Source: an uncultured bacterium
GTDB taxonomy: Bacteria > Acidobacteriota > HRBIN11 > JAKEFK01
Assembly (NCBI GenBank): GCA_963777505.1
Contig: CAVZQN010000003.1
Coordinates: 480,001-544,000 of the forward strand
Direction of reading: 5' to 3'
Length of the DNA: 64,000 nucleotides
The position numbers and the translations under genes were made by a program. This document shows, piece after piece, positions 57,543 through 64,000 of this stretch; the first letter of the stretch is position 1; each line of letters starts with the position of its first letter. The notes beneath the pieces were generated by a model. That model was not told the DNA's origin, ran no database searches, and worked only from the letters and a program-made list of their open reading frames with translations.

Positions 57543-59216
57543 ATGGCTGAGACAATAGCAAACGGCAAGAACGGTGCAGATCGCACCACAATTCTTGCGG
57601 AAGACGAACGTGAACAAAAAGAACGGAAGATTCAGCTTAGAAACGAAGAGCAAAATGCAAAACAGCTTTCCGAACGCTACAGGCTTGAATTTATTGAACT
57701 GAAAGATTTCCAGATCGATCATTCCCTTTTCAGATCTGTTCCTGTAGATCTAATGTTCAGATATAACTTCGTTCCATTCAAAAAAGATCATGACATTTTA
57801 TATGTTGTCGTTGCTGATCCCAGCAACATTTTGATGGTGGATGATCTTGAACTACAGCTTGGAATCCGGATTCGAATGCTTGTCGGCACCCAAAGCGCGA
57901 TTCAAGATGTGCTTAAGAAATCAGAAAGCAGCCAACGCGTGCTTGAGGAAGCTACAGAAACATTCCGTATGCAGGTTGTTCGTGAGGATGAAGAAGGTGA
58001 CGAAACAATCACAATCGATCGTTTAACAACCGATGCAAGCCCGATCATCAAGCTTGTTGATAGCATCATCTTTAATGCAATCCAGCGAAGAGCCAGCGAC
58101 ATTCACATTGAAACAAAGGATGTTGAAGTTGTTGTGAAGTACCGTATTGACGGCGTGCTTCAGTATGCAATGGAACCGATCGATAAAAAATTTCATAGCT
58201 CAATCATCTCGCGTATTAAAGTTATGTCTGAACTTGATATTGCTGAAAAGAGAGTTCCGCAGGATGGCAGGTTCAAACTTCGGATCAAGAATAAAGCGAT
58301 CGATTTCCGCGTTTCGATTATGCCCAGTGTTCATGGTGAAGATGCAGTTATCCGTATTCTGGATAAAGAATCCATCAACGAAAACTTTGTAGATCTGAAT
58401 TTAGGAGTACTTGGGTTTGTGGACAATATTTTGCGAAAGGTTCGTAAGTACATCTCCGAACCTTACGGGATGGTTCTTGTGACGGGTCCGACTGGAAGTG
58501 GTAAAACAACCACGTTATATGCGGCTGTTTCAGAGATCCGCAGCGTCGAACACAAAATCATTACGATTGAAGATCCTGTAGAGTATCAGTTGCCTGGAAT
58601 TACACAGATTCCTGTAAATGAGAAAAAGGGATTAACATTTGCGCGTGGTCTGCGATCCATTTTGCGTCATGATCCAGACAAAATAATGGTGGGTGAAATT
58701 CGCGATCCGGAAACGGCACAAATAGCAATTCAGTCAGCGTTAACCGGGCATCTTGTTTTTACAACAGTTCACGCCAACAATGTCGTCGATGTTTTAGGGC
58801 GGTTTCTAAATATGGGGATTGAGCCTTACAATTTCGTATCTGCTTTAAACTGTGTACTTGCACAGCGTCTCGTAAGGTTGATCTGCGAGAACTGCAAGGT
58901 ACCTGTTCGCGCAACACCCGAGTTGTTGGAGGAGTCTGCTTTGGATCCGGTGAAGTATGCGGAGAACACTTTCTTTGAAGGAAGCGGTTGTATTGAATGC
59001 GCCGGAACTGGTTACAAAGGACGTACTGCGATCTCGGAGTTATTGGAGCTCAATGATCGTATGCGTGAAGTTTTGCTGACAATCCGGTCTACGGCTGAAA
59101 TCAAACGGGCTGCGCGAGAAGAAGGAATGACATTCCTGCGTGAGTCGGCATTATCAAAAGTATTTTCAGGCGAAACAACGTTGCGGGAAATCAACAAAGT
59201 AACTTTCGTGGAATAA
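57543..59216 (+). CDS. pilB: T2SS/T4P assembly ATPase (GspE/PilB)
   Basis: ASDIHIE, PQDGR, GPTGSGKTTT, LRHDPDKIMVGEIRD, LTGHLV, CENC...CIEC zinc site. Confidence 0.93.
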   Translation: MAETIANGKNGADRTTILAEDEREQKERKIQLRNEEQNAKQLSERYRLEFIELKDFQIDHSLFRSVPVDLMFRYNFVPFKKDHDILYVVVADPSNILMVDDLELQLGIRIRMLVGTQSAIQDVLKKSESSQRVLEEATETFRMQVVREDEEGDETITIDRLTTDASPIIKLVDSIIFNAIQRRASDIHIETKDVEVVVKYRIDGVLQYAMEPIDKKFHSSIISRIKVMSELDIAEKRVPQDGRFKLRIKNKAIDFRVSIMPSVHGEDAVIRILDKESINENFVDLNLGVLGFVDNILRKVRKYISEPYGMVLVTGPTGSGKTTTLYAAVSEIRSVEHKIITIEDPVEYQLPGITQIPVNEKKGLTFARGLRSILRHDPDKIMVGEIRDPETAQIAIQSALTGHLVFTTVHANNVVDVLGRFLNMGIEPYNFVSALNCVLAQRLVRLICENCKVPVRATPELLEESALDPVKYAENTFFEGSGCIECAGTGYKGRTAISELLELNDRMREVLLTIRSTAEIKRAAREEGMTFLRESALSKVFSGETTLREINKVTFVE

Positions 59217-59219
59217 AGA

Positions 59220-60209
59220 ATGGCACAAATATCTTTTGCTGAACGTTTTCGACATCTACTTGTCAGTCCGCATTATCCCGATGTCGGAATTGAATTCAGC
59301 TCTGATTGTATCCGGCTGGCTGCAAGTGGTACACAACGAGGGAAGCCTGTGCTTGTTCATCTGGATCGTGAACCTTTGCCGCCTGGTGCTATCGAAATCG
59401 GACCATTCAAACCGAATATCCAATCGATTGAGCCCGTTGCGATTGCGTTAAGGAATTTGTGGTCACGAAGTCGAATTAAACCTTCGCGAGTCAGCTTATT
59501 GTTACAGGATCGCGTGGCGTTAACGTTCAACGTGCAGCTTGAGCATCCTGCAAAAAACTCATCAGATTGTCTGGAGCTAATCCGTTTTAAGCTAAAGAAA
59601 AGTGTCCCTTTCCGGATTGAGGATTCACAGCTTACATACTTTAATTCGTCCGGAGTGCCGGATCATACATCTTCATCTCTCTGGTCAGTGGTGTTGAATC
59701 ATGAAGTGCTGAATCAGTATGAGCAATTTGTACAATCTACAATCGATGCGGCATGTGGGCTTGTCGATCTTGTTACTTTTAATTTCATGAACCTCGCACA
59801 TGCTGAAATTCGAAATAGCGGTCTGAAAGACGAAGATGTGTTTTATGTAAATCTTGGCAGAGATTCAATTTCTGTTGCAATCAGTCAGAAGCAGAATTTA
59901 ATGTTCTTCAGAAGCCGGGCCCTTGAGACATCAAAGGAAGATTGGAAGCTTGCTTTTGAAGAGATCCATCCAGCGATGCTTTATTACATTGATAAGTTAG
60001 GAGGACAATCTTTATCGCGCGCTTTTGTTCATGCGGAAACAAATTTTGATGAACTTTCCGCGGAAATGGAAAAGCAATTTGGAATTAGTTCAACAACGCT
60101 TGCTTTGCAGCAATATACAGGATCGCGATATGACTCAAGCAAGTCTGATGCCCTGCAACCTTTTGTTCCACTGATTGGTCTTCTTGTCACGCGGAAGGCG
60201 GAGTTCTAA
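59220..60209 (+). CDS. pilM: PilM-like alignment protein
   Basis: IRFKLKKSVPF motif; position in the pilB-M-N-O-secretin operon. Confidence 0.7.
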   Translation: MAQISFAERFRHLLVSPHYPDVGIEFSSDCIRLAASGTQRGKPVLVHLDREPLPPGAIEIGPFKPNIQSIEPVAIALRNLWSRSRIKPSRVSLLLQDRVALTFNVQLEHPAKNSSDCLELIRFKLKKSVPFRIEDSQLTYFNSSGVPDHTSSSLWSVVLNHEVLNQYEQFVQSTIDAACGLVDLVTFNFMNLAHAEIRNSGLKDEDVFYVNLGRDSISVAISQKQNLMFFRSRALETSKEDWKLAFEEIHPAMLYYIDKLGGQSLSRAFVHAETNFDELSAEMEKQFGISSTTLALQQYTGSRYDSSKSDALQPFVPLIGLLVTRKAEF

Positions 60210-60211
60210 TC

Positions 60212-60847
60212 ATGATCATTCGTAATAATCTTGCAACAGAGCCAGTCAAGAACTATTCGCTATATTTTCTCGGCTGTGTAGTCTTGTTTATTGCAGCTTT
60301 ATTGTTCACAACAATGAACATACGAAGCATGATGTCATGGCAGTCAGAGAGCGGCAGACTGCAAACGAATATATCCGCGCAACAGAACAAGAGAACTGAG
60401 TTTCAAAATGAAGCCGCGAAATTGCGCGCAAAGATCACGCTAATAAAGACTCCTCAATTCGTAAGTGAGGCTCAGTTCATGAGTAACGCAATTAAGCGGC
60501 GCACATTTTCATGGACGATGCTATTTGACGAATTCGAAAGAATTTTTCCGGATAACGTAAAGATGGTTTCTGTCTTTCCTCAAATACGAGACGAAAAGAT
60601 CAATATCAATATGGAAGTTGCCGGCAAGGCATTAAACGATATCGTAACCCTTTTTACAGCGCTTCAGAGTTCGCCTGCATTCACTGATGTGACGCTTCGC
60701 GGTGAAAGACAAGATAATGATGGCGTATTACATGCCAACATTTCACTGGTCTATTTACCCGAACATATTTCGACTTCTCCTCCTCAAACAGCTCCAGCAG
60801 TGATCGAACCAGAGGTTGGAGATAAAGATGAGTCAGCTGCACCATGA
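60212..60847 (+). CDS. pilN: PilN-like protein
   Basis: NLAT.P..N motif, TM, coiled coil, FSW..LF..FE...P..V, LQSSPAF.DV. Confidence 0.8.
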   Translation: MIIRNNLATEPVKNYSLYFLGCVVLFIAALLFTTMNIRSMMSWQSESGRLQTNISAQQNKRTEFQNEAAKLRAKITLIKTPQFVSEAQFMSNAIKRRTFSWTMLFDEFERIFPDNVKMVSVFPQIRDEKININMEVAGKALNDIVTLFTALQSSPAFTDVTLRGERQDNDGVLHANISLVYLPEHISTSPPQTAPAVIEPEVGDKDESAAP

Positions 60848-61410
60848 ATACTGAAAAACTGAGCATCCTGTTAAAGAAAGTTCATTTTGTCCGTATTCTA
60901 CTTGCGGTACTGGGTCTTAATCTTGCTGTCTGGGCGTTTTTGGTTCTTCCTAAACAGGATCGAATTGCCAGACTTCAGGATTCATACGCACAACTCCGAA
61001 CTCAGGTTGCTGCGGATCAAAAAGACGTAAAGGAACTCCAGTCACGTCTAAAGCATCTTCAACAGGCTCAACAGGATTTAAAAACCATCTATTCAACATT
61101 GCTTATTCCAAGAACAAGAGGCGTGACTGCAATTCGTTTGGAATTGGAAAGTCTGGCAAACGATTTACAAGTTCAACGACGCGATTTTACCTATGATTAT
61201 CAAGAACTTCAGGATCTTAACCTTCAACAGTTTACGTTGAGTGTTCCTGTTGCAGGTAACTATCGCAATATTCGGCGGTTTATTAACAGCATTGAGAGAT
61301 CTGAGCATTTTTTAATTCTGGATCGCGTTGACCTTTCATCTGAGAAAAAGGCAGAAGTATTGAACCTGGATTTCGTGCTGTCGACTTATCTGGTGAAAGA
61401 TGAAAAATAA
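60844..61410 (+). CDS. pilO: PilO/GspM-like protein
   Basis: TM, coiled coil, PV.G.Y.NIRRFINSIERS. Confidence 0.8.
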   Translation: MNTEKLSILLKKVHFVRILLAVLGLNLAVWAFLVLPKQDRIARLQDSYAQLRTQVAADQKDVKELQSRLKHLQQAQQDLKTIYSTLLIPRTRGVTAIRLELESLANDLQVQRRDFTYDYQELQDLNLQQFTLSVPVAGNYRNIRRFINSIERSEHFLILDRVDLSSEKKAEVLNLDFVLSTYLVKDEK

Positions 61411-62104
61411 GGACACTCAGCCTGTTGTGGTAAAGCGTGTAGATCGCAAGCTCTATCTCTTGATCGGGCTTGCCATTTTGATTGCGTTTGTAATTTTGTA
61501 CCAGGCAACAAGCGGTCCTGCAGAACGTGTTACTGTAACAAACAAGTCGCAACCTTCGAAATCCGGAAGTAAACCGAAACAAGTCAAGAGTACAAATCCT
61601 TTGCATACAGAAGACCCTAGCATTTTGCCTCAGCTTGAAAAGGATGCGAAAGAATTTGAAAATGAAAAGCGGAACTTATTTGCATATTATGTTCCGGCAC
61701 CGCCGCCACCACCACCGCCACCAAAACCCGTTTGCGGTGATGGAACATGTAATGGATCAGAGACTTTTGAGAGTTGTGCTTCGGATTGTCCGCCGCCACC
61801 GCCGCCCCCTGTTTGCGGCGACAAGAAATGTGAAGGAAATGAAAATTACACAACTTGTGAAAGCGATTGTGATCCACCGCCGCCGCCGGAAATTTCACTG
61901 AAGTACATCGGCTTCTTAACAGATCATGAGGGTCCAGTTGCGTTCTTAACTGATGGCAAGGAAGTGTTTATGGGGCGGGTCGATGATATTATCGCAAACC
62001 GGTACCTTGTGGTAAAAATCACTGAAGAAGGCGTTGAACTTGGCTATGTTAATTTAAAGACCAAACAGAGCAAAACCATTCCGTTTTCGGGTAGTAAAAG
62101 CTAG
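61400..62104 (+). CDS. PilP/GspC-position protein with poly-Pro linker and two Cys-rich repeats
   Basis: TM; RNLF.Y, poly-P, LKYIGF...AFL.DG......DII..RY.V.KI; two CGDxxC...C..DC repeats. Confidence 0.7.
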   Translation: MKNKDTQPVVVKRVDRKLYLLIGLAILIAFVILYQATSGPAERVTVTNKSQPSKSGSKPKQVKSTNPLHTEDPSILPQLEKDAKEFENEKRNLFAYYVPAPPPPPPPPKPVCGDGTCNGSETFESCASDCPPPPPPPVCGDKKCEGNENYTTCESDCDPPPPPEISLKYIGFLTDHEGPVAFLTDGKEVFMGRVDDIIANRYLVVKITEEGVELGYVNLKTKQSKTIPFSGSKS

Positions 62105-62113
62105 GAAGATAAT

Positions 62114-64000
62114 ATGAACCTATTGAACTCACGGAAGCATCGCCAGTTACTGTTGTCTCTGATTATTCTTGCACTTTTGCATTCGCTTGGATGTGCCGCT
62201 CAAAAAGCCTACCGAAGAGCCCAGGAAGCTACACGAAAAGGTGAATGGGATCGCGCTGTTGGGCAATATATGATTGCTCTAAATAATAAGCCGGATAACC
62301 CACAGTATCGAACAGGATTTGAAAGAGCTCGTCTTGCTGCATCGCAATTTCATTTTCAAAAAGCCAAACAGCTTGTTGAAACCCGGAATTATGAACAGTC
62401 AATTATTGAATTTCAAATTGCGTTGAACTTCGACCCCACCAACCAATTCATAACAAATGAATTGCTCAACGCGAGAAAAATGTACGAAAAGGACCTGAAT
62501 CGAAAGCAATTAACCGAAATTGAAAAAGCAAAAGAAGAAGCAAAACGAAAGATGCAGCTCTATAAGGTGCTGGGTCCTGAAGCGGAAACAGTTATTCCGT
62601 CTTTGCGGTTTCGGGATGATAGCTTAAAGCACATTCTTGATGCGTTGGGACAGCTTGCAGGAATTAACATTGTATATGACAGTGACTTTCGTGATCAGGA
62701 ATTTTCTGTTTCACTGGACAACATAAAATTTCGCGATGCGTTACAGCAGATTCTAGTTGCGAATCGTTTGTACTATAAGCCGCTGGATCAAAGTACACTC
62801 CTTATCGTTCCTGACAATCCTCAAAAACGCAGACAGTATGATGAGCAGGTCATTCAAACGTTTTATCTTAGCAATGCCGAGCTCAATGATGTACTCAACA
62901 TGGTTCGAAGCGTCATGCAAATTCAAAGGATTGCTACAAATCCTCAACTCAATGCGATCACGATTCGTGATACACCAGATAAAGTCGCTATTGTTCAGAA
63001 AATTATCGAAGCAAACGACAAGTCGCGTTCAGAAGTTCTGCTGGATGTCGAAATTTTAGAGATCGATCGGGATACAAGCAAAACTTATGGAATCAATCTC
63101 AGCACTTACCAGGTGTCCCAAAGTCTTGTAGTGAATGAAGAGCCCGGAGTAATTTTTGGAAACCAGATTCCTGCGATTGATGCTGCTTCGTGGCAATTTG
63201 CGATTCCATCAATCATCTATGGCGCTCTGGCAACAGATCAACGAACTAAAATCTTAGCGAAACCTCAGATCCGTGCTTCTGAAGGACAGCAGGTAACTGT
63301 AAGATTAGGTGATCGAGTCCCTATTCCTGTTACAAATATCCAGGTTCCTGGACAAACTCCTTCGCCTATACCAAATGTTATTACCACGACTTCATTTCAG
63401 CTGACAGATGTTGGTATCAACATCGATGTAACGCCTCGCGTTCATCATAATCGTGAAATTACGCTCACAATGAGATTTGAGCTGACTTCGATTACGGCGC
63501 CAGGATCTGGAAGTTTGCCGCCAACTCTAGGTAACCGGACTGTAAATACTGTTATCCGATTGAAAGATGGTGAAACAAATCTTCTTGCAGGTTTATTGCG
63601 AAGGGATGAGCGGAAAGCACTTCGTGGTGTTCCAGGAATCGTTAATATTCCATTAGTCCGTGAATTGTTTGCGGCGAATGATCGCCAATTGCAGGAAAAA
63701 GATGTGATTTTTACGATCACTCCGCACATTTTGCGGACTCCAAATGTTACTGAAGCTGATCTCAGTCCTATTTGGATTGGAACGGAAGATGATATACGTC
63801 TGAAGTCAGCGCCTCCGATTTCTGTGTTTGAGCGGCAGGATGTCGGACCCCGAGATCAACCCTGGGAACAAGGTGAGGTTGGAGGTGAGCAAATTCCGGA
63901 TGATACTTCAACACAAGAACCTCCGGTTGGCGAAACTGCACCTCGAGATCCGATGGCCAAACCTAGAATTGTTCCGCCTTCGCAACCTCAACCAGCTGAT
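62114..64000 (+). CDS. Lipoprotein secretin (GspD/PilQ type) with N-terminal TPR, 3' truncated by window
   Basis: Not in the ORF track because no stop; lipobox SLGC, LRFRDDSLK..LDALG..AGIN, TFYLSNA, ILAKPQIRASEG...GDRVPI, DVGINI.VTP.VH, LKDGET.LLAGL; open in every segment I translated. Confidence 0.9.
   Translation, partial: MNLLNSRKHRQLLLSLIILALLHSLGCAAQKAYRRAQEATRKGEWDRAVGQYMIALNNKPDNPQYRTGFERARLAASQFHFQKAKQLVETRNYEQSIIEFQIALNFDPTNQFITNELLNARKMYEKDLNRKQLTEIEKAKEEAKRKMQLYKVLGPEAETVIPSLRFRDDSLKHILDALGQLAGINIVYDSDFRDQEFSVSLDNIKFRDALQQILVANRLYYKPLDQSTLLIVPDNPQKRRQYDEQVIQTFYLSNAELNDVLNMVRSVMQIQRIATNPQLNAITIRDTPDKVAIVQKIIEANDKSRSEVLLDVEILEIDRDTSKTYGINLSTYQVSQSLVVNEEPGVIFGNQIPAIDAASWQFAIPSIIYGALATDQRTKILAKPQIRASEGQQVTVRLGDRVPIPVTNIQVPGQTPSPIPNVITTTSFQLTDVGINIDVTPRVHHNREITLTMRFELTSITAPGSGSLPPTLGNRTVNTVIRLKDGETNLLAGLLRRDERKALRGVPGIVNIPLVRELFAANDRQLQEKDVIFTITPHILRTPNVTEADLSPIWIGTEDDIRLKSAPPISVFERQDVGPRDQPWEQGEVGGEQIPDDTSTQEPPVGETAPRDPMAKPRIVPPSQPQPAD

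Overview
64 kb of a bacterial chromosome. Gene content and repeat style suggest Acidobacteriota, but that is inference. It is mostly housekeeping: ccsA-hemA-hemC-hemD, a Gld-type ABC transporter, ctpA-FecR-DGC-mreBCD-mrdA-rodA, a B12 radical SAM gene, rng, argS, two pilT genes, and a lolA-ECF/anti-sigma-T2SS/T4P operon that runs off the right end. I found no rRNA, tRNA, CRISPR array, integrase or transposase. Most notable: (1) an N-methyl-compound (betaine-like) catabolic cluster of Rieske oxygenase, eukaryote-like BHMT, monomeric sarcosine oxidase, IclR and PurU, with a twice-repeated tandem operator (GTTTCAyAATrTGAAAC) at both promoters; (2) a 1151-aa secreted di-heme protein with a hydrazine-synthase-alpha-like domain; (3) several short palindromic or tandem repeat families, one inserted in-frame inside a lipid-synthesis gene and one forming a TTAA-bounded MITE-like element; (4) single extra-base frameshifts, each at a stop codon, in adjacent genes rodA and the B12 radical SAM (most likely assembly errors); (5) a degenerate CobA remnant on HemD; (6) Cys-rich repeats inserted in the PilP-position protein. 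All family calls come from motif recognition by eye; no database searches were run.
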